64,000 nucleotides of DNA from positions 1-64,000 of the forward strand of contig JBGATO010000008.1 of the NCBI GenBank assembly GCA_044229145.1. The letters run 5' to 3'. Position numbers and translations under genes: made by a program. The stretch is from Candidatus Eiseniibacteriota bacterium (GTDB lineage: Bacteria; Eisenbacteria; RBG-16-71-46; CAZEPH01). Every line of letters begins with the position of its first letter. Positions within the stretch are counted from its first letter, which is position 1. This document shows positions 9,001 to 16,700 of the stretch, piece by piece. The notes under the pieces are model-generated. The model did no database searches and was not told where the DNA came from. It saw nothing but the letters and a program-made list of their open reading frames with translations.

Positions 9001-11018
9001 GCGATCGACTGGGTCGTGCCGCCGTTGCTCGAGCCGAACGAAATCGCGGTGATCGCCCCGGTGCCGGTGATGTTCGAGATGGTGTTGTTGCTAATCGACG
9101 AGCCAGTGCCGGACCAGTTGGTCTGTATCACGGTCACCGCACTGGACCCGCACGCCCAGTTACTGAACGTGTTGCCGTTGATCGTTTTGTTGGGGCCGGG
9201 CGAACCTTCGAGGTCGGTCCAACCTGCCATGACGGTGGCGCCGGTGAGCGTGATGTTCGAGAAGTTGTTGTTCTGCTCGCTCTTGGTGGCGCCGGTAGCG
9301 GACGAGGGCGACGTCGTCGTCAAGTACAGCGTCACCGTCCCGCCGGCGGTCGGCTTGGCGAAGGCGGTGACGATGGAGTTGTTGTTCGCGGTGACCGATC
9401 CGGTGGCCGTGAGCGCCACGTTGTTCGAGATGAAGGTCACGCTGCCCGACGTGCTGACGCTCAGGTTGGTGAACGTGTTGGAGCTGATGTTCTGCGAGAG
9501 CGTCGTGGCGCTGTTGATGATGTAGGTGTGGGCCGACGTCCCGGCGACCGAGTGGAGGATGCCGCGGACATCGTTGCCGGTGACCGTCAGCGCCGCCGTC
9601 GTCGCGCCGCCGGTGTTGGTGATGCCGGTCACCGCTCCGCTGGTCGCCGCGCTAAAGGCGATCGCGCCGCCGGAGCTGTTGCCGATCTGGTTGTTGGTGA
9701 TGTTGATGGCGGTGACCACCGCGCCGGTATTGCTGATGCCGGTGAAGCCGCCCGTCGTGGCGGTCGACGTGTTGCCCCGGATCACGTTGCCAGTCATGTT
9801 CAACGTGCCGGGAGCGGACGAGTTGACCAGTCCGACCAGGGCGGACGAGGAGGCCGCCCCGCTCACCGCGCAGTTCAGCACCGTGTTGTTGTTGATGTTC
9901 AGGGTCGCGGTGCTCAGCGCCGACATGCCCTGGCTGCGGATTGCTTCGAGCGTCCCGCTGGTGAACCCGCTGGACAGCGTGACGGTGTTGTTCGTGATGT
10001 TGCTGGTGAACGTGCCCGTCGGCGCCGTCGTCGTGTAGTCCTTGAGAATGCCGCGGAAGGTCACGGAGGTGCCGCTGACGGCTGCGCTGGTGAGCGAGTT
10101 GTAGGAGATGTTGTCTGCAGTCTGGTGGTTGAGGAAGATGCCGTACGAGGTGCCGGAGTTCGAGACGTACCCGCTCGCGGCCGCCGCACCACCCCAGTTG
10201 GTGAGCGTATTCGCCGTCCCGGCCGACGTGCCCCCGATGTCGTTGCCAGCGTCCTGATTGGCCGCCGTGCTGCATCCGATGAACGCGATTCCCATGTTCA
10301 CGTTCGAAATGGCGTTGCCGTACACCTTGTTGTTGCTCTGCGGACCGGTGGTGTTGTTGACGATATCCTCGGTCGTCGTCACCGCGCTTGCCGAGTGCCG
10401 GTTGTTGGCGTACACGCCCCACGTGTTCGTGTACGTCCGGTTGAGCGAGATCGTGTTGTTCTGGATCGTGTTGTTCTGGCAGCCATCACTGGTCGACGCG
10501 TGCAACAACGCGACCGCCCACTCGGTCATGTTGTTGCTCGCCGTCGTCGTCGTCGTGTTCGCCGCGTTCTCCTGCATGACGCAGCCGCTGATGGTGATCC
10601 AGTCGGCGCCGATCAACTTGAAGATCGCGTCGTTCACGTTGCCCGCGGTCTGCCCGCCGAACGCGGTGATCGTGTTGCCGTTGCCCTGGATGGTGACCGG
10701 CGCGGTCGAACTCGTGGTGGTGAGCACCAGCGATCCGGTGCCGCCGATCACGTAGCCACCGCTCGGCGCGGTCTGCGGATTGCCCGCCACGACATTCAGC
10801 GTCACACCGCCGGCGCCCACGCCCTGCGTGTTGAGGTCGGCGATCGCCGCGGCCAGCGTCGCGTAATCGCCGGGGATGTTCTTCGTCCCGGTGAGCGCGG
10901 CGAAGGCGGCGCTCGGGGCGAGCGCGGCGAGGAGCGTCCACAACAACGTGGCAACAGTGGCCAGCGACGTGAAGGGACGCAACGCACGGGTGACGGCGAA
11001 CGTGGGACGGAACGACAT
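1110..11018 (-). CDS. Giant secreted surface protein (about 3300 aa up to the in-frame TGA): signal peptide, three beta-helix blocks, CARDB-like domain, InlB-B/Flg_new-like repeats, cohesin-like domain and tandem Ig-like repeats
   Basis: ATG at 11018 with GGAGG upstream (11023-11027 on minus) and a signal peptide ending SAAFA. It has Asn/Thr/Ser-rich beta-helix rungs (I.NN.I) and recurring D.DG..R...TPDIGADE motifs. The ORF ends at a TGA (1110-1112) in the middle of a repeat. Confidence 0.9.
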   Translation of the reverse strand: MSFRPTFAVTRALRPFTSLATVATLLWTLLAALAPSAAFAALTGTKNIPGDYATLAAAIADLNTQGVGAGGVTLNVVAGNPQTAPSGGYVIGGTGSLVLTTTSSTAPVTIQGNGNTITAFGGQTAGNVNDAIFKLIGADWITISGCVMQENAANTTTTTASNNMTEWAVALLHASTSDGCQNNTIQNNTISLNRTYTNTWGVYANNRHSASAVTTTEDIVNNTTGPQSNNKVYGNAISNVNMGIAFIGCSTAANQDAGNDIGGTSAGTANTLTNWGGAAAASGYVSNSGTSYGIFLNHQTADNISYNSLTSAAVSGTSVTFRGILKDYTTTAPTGTFTSNITNNTVTLSSGFTSGTLEAIRSQGMSALSTATLNINNNTVLNCAVSGAASSSALVGLVNSSAPGTLNMTGNVIRGNTSTATTGGFTGISNTGAVVTAINITNNQIGNSSGGAIAFSAATSGAVTGITNTGGATTAALTVTGNDVRGILHSVAGTSAHTYIINSATTLSQNISSNTFTNLSVSTSGSVTFISNNVALTATGSVTANNNSIVTAFAKPTAGGTVTLYLTTTSPSSATGATKSEQNNNFSNITLTGATVMAGWTDLEGSPGPNKTINGNTFSNWACGSSAVTVIQTNWSGTGSSISNNTISNITGTGAITAISFGSSNGGTTQSIANNTISTLTSSGTGGTVLGIVSTSGSVTTMTISGNVLSGLSSSGASSGIEGIQVGAAATVNVTQNTLSGFSTSGATAPFVSAIHTVVGTTVNITRNKIYDISASAALTANSIFPLWLQGGTTVTATNNLIGDLRMPAGNGADVIHAVHIPATATLSTYNLYDNTIYLAATSTGANFGTTGVYHNTSTTSTTAALNMRNNVIVNLSTPNGTGIVSAYRRSSTTLTNYASTSNNNVLYAGAPAANRLLFYDGTNADQTLAAYKSRVAPRDAASVTESAPFLSTTGSSTQFLHIDPSTPTQIESGAAPIAGITDDFDGDLRNVSTPDIGADEGAFTLADLTGPAIAFTAITSTCSTSPQTLTASITDPSGVPTSGIGLPVLYWKINAGAYTAATGTFVSGNTYSFGFGSGVVAGDVVSYYVVAQDNAGTPNMNSQPAGASGFTANPPAASTPPASPSTYTILQTLAAGTYAIPGAYATLTAAVADYNTKCLGGAVVFELAAGYSSASETFPIIINANSGASAVNTLTIRPASGQTPTISGSLSSGALLKLNGADYVTIDGSNSGGTDRSLTITNTATTAAAGIWIASVGNGAGATNDVVKNCVVSTSAATTATAYAIAIGGATLGSAGGDNDNVTVQNNAIASTNIGLYANGNAAVSTGGMDNLLVSGNAFTGSGTTAPMLAVQVQNALAASVTGNTVNITNSTSTQPVGISLEANVSNSSVTNNRITGVVATNTGGYAGRGITIGTGTTGANITVANNFVAGVNGSNWNTFGNSSAMGIGIGVAGNATTLTTVSGGVTVYHNSVSMTGSMGSGSTTAITTGLFIGSGASAVNVRNNIFSNTQTGTATTQKNYAVYSQAANTAFAAFSSNDYYVANSFNAPSAILGFLGSDQTTLSALNLAFTGSASTTAYNALPGFTSTTDLHIPAGTSSTLESAGASGTGITADIDSDVRPGPAGSLYGGATANDIGADEFDGVPPVANDIAAAAFISPLSGSTMPTGIAFTPQASFTNFGTAAQTNVQVRYRIVDPGSTEIYNDVATLASIAPSATVTVSFPSATLASGGTHTIFAAAELAGDQVALNDEISGTLVGVAPLSGTYLVGVGQDFATLTAAAAAANAAGVSGAVEFMLTDATYPSETFPITFNAFAGASSTNTLWIHPKGGVTSTISGSSATSILKFNGADWITLDGSNNGTTSRDLTIANTNTATTSAVIWLSSPTASDGATHNTLKNLIVTGNTSTTTLMGVYSGGSSISTTAPARGSTPLTEAQQHALNAQGAGDGGPGVTAALTANSDNSYVNNKISKATYGLFLLGTSSSVLDTGTLVSGNAFGSSTSGDGFFSAALWAQYQQGAVITGNDFQNVTQTGTASADFYGVEIKDCKGLSFTSNALHGMSYAGTSSGKLFVLNQQGSAFNTSGSPSANLYANNTIYGLSSTSTSGFWALSAINTEGGYGDRYYDNSVSLTGTLSGGASAFVAAFSHGNNWVAGAPTNIDVRGNILSITGSAAVAAKMFGQYVQGTTLGGGTLDYNDVRAVPTGSAVGYVGHVNSLDYSTLAAWRTASGQESHSLSVDPLFVSSSSDLHIAAPANGPVSPVANAGTPLAGVTTDANGETRNASTPDIGADEFATFSLATSASNGAVLVSPSQPLYNPGSTVTLTAVANVGYVFSGWSGDASGLTNPLSVTIDADKNITANFTLLTFSIVSTTTAGGSITPLGTTTVNYGDNVTFSMVNDPHYHPVDVLVDGVAIGQVTSYDFLNVTANHTIDAIWAIDTYTISAIANAHGSISPAGNTNVPWDGSQTYTITPDPGYHVSDVLVDAVSVGAVTSYTFSNVNGGHGIEAFFAENESNVIAAGSDPGCVTPASAHRDVTITVVRTNSPVSIRGFSVDVQLSPEVQLVSGTSSITEGTYLSNAGSTVFEVIDHGSGLYTVDGTILGLPCGATAASGDLFHLDVTHTGTSGTGTVTVASTLLRDCDNANIVSSPGAAASLTIDLTPVSVAAIAAQTVAETATLTVTPSATTTGCATAPFTWSSSGLPSGASVNAATGEFTWTPDCHAFESGPSYGPVTLTLSDAAGNSGSASFSIAVTNTPGTVHVDPIADQTIGETFALTVTPAATLGGCAEGPLAWSGAGLPSGASVNPSTGVFTWTPDCTAFESGPNYGPVTLTAQAATGETGTASFAISVSNTPGSVVVDAIAAQTVAETFALSVTPNASALGCATAPFTWTGSGLPSGASVNPSTGEFTWTPDCTAFESGPSYGPVTLTAQAATGETGSASFSIDVTNTPGSVTVDAIAAQTIAETATLTVTPNATALGCATAPFTWSGSGLPSGASVNPSTGEFTWTPDCTAFESGPSYGPVTFTAQAATGETGSASFSITVTNTPGTVHVDPIADQTIAETFALSVTPSGTLAGCAEGPLAWSGSGLPSGASVNPTTGEFTWTPDCHAFETGPLYGPVTVTAQAATGETGSASFSITVTNTPGSVSLLPVFIPIAFENNPVGASPFPVISGCAEGPLTWSITGAPAGSTFNTSTGLFTWTPDCHAFENGPTYGPIVITAQAATGETGSVTFSIPVANVPGTVTVDAIADQTIGETFALSVMPNAVATGCAEAPITWSGSGLPSGASVNPSTGEFTWTPD

Positions 11019-11332
11019 GATGCCTCCGCAACGAGGTGGGGTCGCCAGAGCGTGGTGTGGGGGAGCGCGTTCGTGCCCGGAGGGCGGGCCGAAGGGGCTC
11101 GGGAGGTTCACGGTCTGGTGTCGCGATGGCCGCGCACGTCGCCGGTCCTGGCGAAGGCGCGCCCGGGGGTAAAGCGGGACCGCAGGGACACTTCAGGAGG
11201 CCGGGCCGCGCATCGATGCGCGGCCGAGAAGCGGCAGGACCGTGGAGTGTCGAGCAGGATGCTGTGCGGGCTGGGCGGACTCATCCAGTAATCCGGTCCA
11301 GCAGGGTGAAACTCGTATAGGGACTGCACATA

Positions 11333-11362
11333 ACGGTAAAGCTTCGGGATGTGGAGTGTCAA
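11333..11362 (-). promoter_or_regulatory. Putative sigma70 promoter of the giant gene (TTGACA-N18-TACCGT)
   Basis: Perfect -35 hexamer at 11357-11362 on minus, within a locally lower-GC intergenic patch. The -10 match is only partial. Confidence 0.4.
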
Positions 11363-11471
11363 CGCTGCGCGCCGTCGTCCGGCATCGGCGGCGACGTTCG
11401 GAGTACCTGTCCGCAGGCCGGTGACCGCCGCAGGGTGGCCGGGGGTGGCACTGCGGGTGCCGAAATCGCTC

Positions 11472-11480
11472 TGCTATAGT
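11472..11480 (+). promoter_or_regulatory. Putative extended -10 promoter (TGcTATAGT) for the aspartase/fumarase gene
   Basis: TGn followed by TATAGT, about 75 nt upstream of ATG 11556. Confidence 0.5.
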
Positions 11481-11555
11481 GCCGCGTCCCAAGCGCGGCC
11501 CACGCCGTGCCACCCGCATTCGCCCTCACCCCTGACGATCCGAGTGGGAGGAATC

Positions 11556-12986
11556 ATGGCCACCGAGCCGAAGCCGAACCCGGCTTTCCGCGTCGAGCGC
11601 GACACGCTCGGCGAGATGCAGGTCCCCGCCGACGCCTACTGGGCCGCCCAGACCGCCCGCGCCGTCGCCAACTTTCCGATCAGCGGCCTCACATTGCCGC
11701 CGGCGATGGTGGCCGCGATGGCGGCGATCAAGTGGGCCGCCGCCGAGACCAACGCCGAACTCGGCATGATCCCGGCCGACAAGGCTTCCGCGATCGTCCA
11801 GGCGGCGCGCGAGATCCGCGACGGCGGGCTCGCCGGCGAGTTCGTGGTCGACGTGTTCCAGGCCGGCGCCGGCACGTCGTTCCACATGAACGTGAACGAA
11901 GTCATCGCCAGCCGCGCCACCGAGATCCTCGGCGGCGACCGTCGCAAGGATCACCTCGTCCACGCCAACGACCACGTCAACTTCGGACAGTCGACCAACG
12001 ACGTCATCCCGACCGCGATCCGGCTCGCGTCGCTGCCGCTGGCGCGCACGCTGATCGCCGAGGTCGAGGCGCTCGCCGACGCGTTCGCCCGCAAGGCGGT
12101 GGAGTTCGACGGCATCGTGAAGTCGGGCCGCACGCACCTCCAGGACGCCGTGCCGGTGCGGCTCGGGCAGGAGTTCGGCGGCTACGCGCGGGCGCTGAAG
12201 CGCAGCGCCGCGGGTCTCGACGGCGGGCTGCGCTGGATGCAGGAGCTCGGCCTCGGCGGCAGCGCCGCCGGCAGCGGTCTCAACACGCACCCCGAGTACC
12301 GCGCGAAGACCGTCGCGCGCCTCGCCGCCATCACCGGCGAGCCGCTGACGCCGGCGCCGGACCTCTTCGAGGCGATGCAGTCGATGCAGCCGGCGTCGGT
12401 GCTCTCCGGCATGGTGCGCTCGCTCGCATTGGAACTGACGCGCATCGCCAACGACCTCCGCTTGCTGTCGAGCGGCCCGCGCACCGGCTTCGCCGAGATC
12501 ACGCTGCCCGCCGTGCAGCCGGGCTCGTCGATCATGCCGGGCAAGGTCAATCCGGTGTACGCCGAGTGCCTCAACATGGTGTGCTTCCACGTGCTCGGCA
12601 ATGACACCGCCGTGAGCTACGCGGTGCAGGCCGGCCAGATGGAACTCAACGTGATGATGCCGATCATCGCCCACAACCTGCTTGGCGAGTTGAGCGTGCT
12701 GGGCAAGGCGCTGCCGCTGTTCCGCGAGCACTGCGTCGAAGGCATCACGGCGGACGAAGCGCGCTGCCGCGCCTACGCCGAGTCGACGATCGGCTTGGCG
12801 ACGATCCTCAATCCCGTCGTCGGCTACGAGAAGGCCGCGAAGGTGGCGAAGGACGCGACCGCGAGCGGCCGCAGCATGGTGGAGTCCGCCGTGCATCTCG
12901 GCGTGCTGACGACGGAGCAGGCGGAGAAGGTATTTGATCCGGCGAAGATGACGGAGCCGGGGGTGCTGAAGTCGCTCGAAGGCTAG
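11556..12986 (+). CDS. Aspartate ammonia-lyase / class II fumarase superfamily enzyme (more aspartase-like)
   Basis: GGAGG RBS. Motifs R.E.D.LG, QAGAGTSFHMNVNEVIA, QSTNDVIPT, KSGRTHLQDA and GSSIMPGKVNP. Confidence 0.9.
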   Translation: MATEPKPNPAFRVERDTLGEMQVPADAYWAAQTARAVANFPISGLTLPPAMVAAMAAIKWAAAETNAELGMIPADKASAIVQAAREIRDGGLAGEFVVDVFQAGAGTSFHMNVNEVIASRATEILGGDRRKDHLVHANDHVNFGQSTNDVIPTAIRLASLPLARTLIAEVEALADAFARKAVEFDGIVKSGRTHLQDAVPVRLGQEFGGYARALKRSAAGLDGGLRWMQELGLGGSAAGSGLNTHPEYRAKTVARLAAITGEPLTPAPDLFEAMQSMQPASVLSGMVRSLALELTRIANDLRLLSSGPRTGFAEITLPAVQPGSSIMPGKVNPVYAECLNMVCFHVLGNDTAVSYAVQAGQMELNVMMPIIAHNLLGELSVLGKALPLFREHCVEGITADEARCRAYAESTIGLATILNPVVGYEKAAKVAKDATASGRSMVESAVHLGVLTTEQAEKVFDPAKMTEPGVLKSLEG

Positions 12987-13017
12987 GCGTCGGGCAGTTC
13001 GCGAGCGGGGGAGGCTG

Positions 13018-13617
13018 CTACGGCCTCTCCCGCTTCGTCGTGTCGGTCCAGAGTTGCGGGATGTCGAGCGCGAGGCCGGCGACGGCGGCAGAGCGGTAGA
13101 TGTTCTCGCGCGGCACGACGACGCGGAACGCGCCACCGTCGTTGACCAGGAACTCGATCTCCTCCGCCGCGGGATCGACGAGCCAGTACTCGCGGACATC
13201 GGCTTCCGCGTAGGCGAGCATCTTGGCGCCGTGGTCGCGCCGCGCGGTGCCGGGCGACAACACCTCGACCACGAGATCCGGCGCTCCGAAGATCCGATCG
13301 CGCACGATGTCGCGGCGCTCCGGCGAGACGTACAGCACGTCCGGCTGCACGACGGTGTGCGGGGCGAGCACGACATCGAGCGGTGCGATGAATACCTCGC
13401 CGCCCGTCCGCCGCGCCAGGGCCGACAATTGAAGGAAAATTGCTCCCACCAGGTTCTGGTGCGGCACATTCGGACTCGGAACCACGTAGAACCTCCCAAA
13501 AAGCAGCTCGCAGCGCGGCTCTTCGGGAAGAGCGAAATAGTCCTCGGTGCGGTACGGCCCTCGCTGAGGCTCCGGGGTGAAGCCTTCCGTCGAGTAGATG
13601 GAGTCGATCATCGCCAT
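13018..13617 (-). CDS. Uma2-family (PD-(D/E)xK) putative restriction endonuclease
   Basis: ATG at 13617 with GAGGAA RBS. Motifs ELLFG...PSP...HQ, VVQPDVL, APDLVVEVLSPGT...D...K...Y, VREYWLVDP. Confidence 0.88.
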   Translation of the reverse strand: MAMIDSIYSTEGFTPEPQRGPYRTEDYFALPEEPRCELLFGRFYVVPSPNVPHQNLVGAIFLQLSALARRTGGEVFIAPLDVVLAPHTVVQPDVLYVSPERRDIVRDRIFGAPDLVVEVLSPGTARRDHGAKMLAYAEADVREYWLVDPAAEEIEFLVNDGGAFRVVVPRENIYRSAAVAGLALDIPQLWTDTTKRERP

Positions 13618-13692
13618 GGATTCCTCGCGGCCCGCCCGCGATCCGTGGCCGCGGGCGAAGGAAGACTCTAGCACACGAGGCCGACACGCAGA

Positions 13693-13720
13693 GGGGGACG
13701 CACCGCGTGGCGCGTCCCCC
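13693..13720 (-). terminator. Hairpin just downstream of the second giant gene (probable terminator)
   Basis: On minus: GGGGGACGCGCC-ACGC-GGTGCGTCCCCC (12 bp, one G-U pair). The U-tract is weak. Confidence 0.55.
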
Positions 13721-13745
13721 GTCGTGCAGCGGATGCCGATGTGAT

Positions 13746-16700
13746 CTACGGGCGATACGTGATGCGGTACGTCGCCCGCTCGCTCGCGCCCTCGAGCCTC
13801 AGGAAGTACAGCCCCGCCGCCGCGCGCGCGCCGTCCTGCAGGTGGCCATCCCAGCGCAGCACGGTGTATCCCGGCGTGACGTAATGCGTGCCGAGGTCCG
13901 CCACCTGGCGGCCGCGCGCATCGCACACGACGGCGCGCACCGCTTGCGCCCGCGGCGATCCGAACGCGATCTCGACGTGACCCGCGAAAGGATTCGGCGC
14001 CGCCGTCACGACGGCGAGTCGCGTGGGCGCGGGGAGCCCTGCGAGCAGAGCCGACACCGGATCGGCCGCAAAGGTCGCGGCGATGGTGTGCGACGCGGTC
14101 ACGTTGGTGAAGGTGAACGTCGTGACCGCCCCGACGCTCGCGCCGTCCACCAGCACATCGTCGACGTGGAATCCGCTGGCCGGCGTGATGGTGAACGCTT
14201 GCGAGGCGCCAGAGTTGACCACCACCGCGCCGCTCGGCGAAATCGCGCCGCCGCTGCCCGCGCTTGCGGTGATCGTGAACGTCTCCGCGACGAAGCTGGC
14301 GATGATCGACTTGTCCGCGGACATCGTGACGCCGAGCGGGTTGACCGCGCCGCTCGCATCGCCGCTCCAGCCGGCGAAGGCGAAGCCGGCGTCCGGCGTC
14401 GCCGTGAGCGTGACCGTCGAGCCTGGGTTGTAGGACGGCTGCAACGGCGACACCGCGACGCTGCCGTTCGCGCCGCTGACGGCGAGCGCGAACGTGGCGA
14501 ACTCGTCGGCGCCGATGTCGGGCGTGGTGAGCGATCGCGTGGCGCCGTCCACGTCCACCGTCACGCCGCTCACCGGCGTGCCTGCGTTCGCGAGCGGCGA
14601 CACCGCGCCATCGGCCGGCGCCGCGATGTGCAGATCGGTCGTGCCGACGAACAGCGGCGACGCGGCGAGCGAATGCGCTTCCTGCCCGGTCGCCGTGCGC
14701 CATGCAGCGAGCGTCGAAGCGTCGGCGCCCGCGAAGCGGCCGACGAGACCCACCGCCGAACCCGTCGGCGCGACGAACAGATCGTTGAAGTCCACCGTGC
14801 TGCCGCTCCACGACGACAGGTTGGTGTAGTGCGCGTAGACCTTCGCGGCGACCGCGGCGGTTCCGGTGACCGAAAACACATTGTCGCGCACGTCGATCGA
14901 CGTCGCGCCGACGCCGCCTGCCGGCGAGCCGTTGCTGAATGCGGCCGCGGGTGTGGAAGAGTTCCCGCTCAGCGTGCCGCTCAAGCTCACGGAGTTGAAC
15001 ACCACGCGGTCGCCGAAGCCGGCGTCGAGGTTGATCCCCGACATCGCCCAAAAAGACTGACCGCTCGAGCTCAGGCCGGAGAGCACGTTGTTCGCGTAGA
15101 GATTCGCCGACGGCGCGCCTGCGGTGACGAACGCCGTGCCTTGCTGGCGGAGTCCGAACAACCGGCCGCCCGCCGACGTCATGCTGCAGTCGTGCACGCT
15201 GTTGCGGGTCACTGCGGCACCGGTGCAGTCCCACAACTCGATGCCGGCGATCTCGATCGCGTTCGTCGAGGTGACATTCTGGATGTCGTTCTGCGTGATG
15301 GTCGCGTTCTGTTGGAACAGCGCCCAGATGCCGGCGGTGCCGAAGCCGTCGCCGCTCGTCGGCGAGCCGAGTGCGTTGCCGCTGACGAGCGCGTTCTGGT
15401 CGGGCGATGCGGCCGAGACGCCGGAGAGGAAGATGCCGTACAGCACCTTCGAGATCTGGTTGTTGACGTAGCTGTTGTTCGAGTTGGGCGCGAGCGCGGC
15501 GGTGATGCCGGGGCCGTCGCCGGCGGGCGCGGTGGTCGAGATCGTCGAACCGCCCGAGTAGATGCCCATCAGCGAGCCGGTGGACGCCGACCCGCGCACG
15601 ATCACGTTCTTGATCGTGTTGTTGGTGGCGGGGTTGCTGGCCGTCGGGCTCGACACCCAGACGCCGGCGACGCTTCCGGAGAGCGTCGTGGTGAGGGTGA
15701 GATTGCGTGACGCCGTGCCGTTGTTCGAGCCGTCGAGCGTGACGAAGTCGGCGCCATTTATCTTGAACACGGTGCCGATGCTGCTCAGCGACGTCGACAC
15801 GCCGGCCTTGGGGTGGATGGTCAGGGTCCTGCTGGCGCTCGCACCGGCGAACGGTTGGACGGTGATCGGGAAGGTCTCGCTCGGGTAGCTCGCATCGGTG
15901 AGTTGGAACTCCACCGCGCCGGATGCGCCGACCAGCGCGAGTTGCGCGAGCGCGGCGGTGATCGTGGTGAAGTCGCCGCCCACGCCGATGTTGTACGGGC
16001 CGGCAAGCGCGGCGAGCACGGTGACGCTGCCGGTGACCTGGTCGTTGCCGCTCGCCTGATCGCCGGCGGCCTCCGCGTTGGCGATCAGCGTGTACGTGCC
16101 GGCGGCCGGAAAGGTCGTCGCCGGGAAGCTGACAGTCGTGCTGACCGCCGGCCCCACCGAGGCGATCGTCGCGATCTGGTTGTAGATCTCCACGCTCGAA
16201 GGGTCGAGGATGCGGTAGCGCACCGTCGTGTTGGTCAGCGTCGCCGTACCGCCGTTGGTGAACGTGGCCTGCGGCGTGAAGGGCACGCCGGCGCCGCGGG
16301 TCGAGCCGTTCGTGGGCTCCACGAACCCGGTGCCCGCGAGGTCGGTGGTGAACCACGCGGTGAAGCTGCCTTCGTCCGCGCCGATGTCCGGTGTCGAGAC
16401 GTTGCGCGCGTCGCCATCGAGGTCGGTGGCCACCGCGGCCAGCGGCGTGCCGTGCGCCTCGAGCACGGTGGGCGCGCCCGGCATCATGTGCAGGTCGGTC
16501 GCCGAAATGAACGGCGGCAGCGCGCTCCATGATACGCCTGGGACGTCGCGTCCTGTCTCCGCATTCCAGTCGGTGAGTGTGGCGCGGTTGGTGAAGTTGA
16601 TGCTCAAGCTGCCCGTCACGCCCACGAATGCGTTCGAACGTGAGGGCACGAAAAGGTCGTTGTTGCTCGACGTCAGGTTCGCGTAGTTGCCGGGGGTGCT

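Noticed and set aside
504..11291. Very long plus-strand ORFs (504-5429, 5538-11291) and many other Arg/Gly-rich ORFs antisense to real genes (e.g. 19044-21602, 49523-53488, 59566-62790)
   Set aside because: Shadow ORFs caused by stop-codon scarcity opposite high-GC3 genes. They have no recognisable motifs or RBS.
13018..16530. 1170-aa ORF apparently fusing a long N-terminus to Uma2
   Set aside because: The upstream part is an alternative frame of the giant gene. Uma2 has its own RBS and ATG at 13617.
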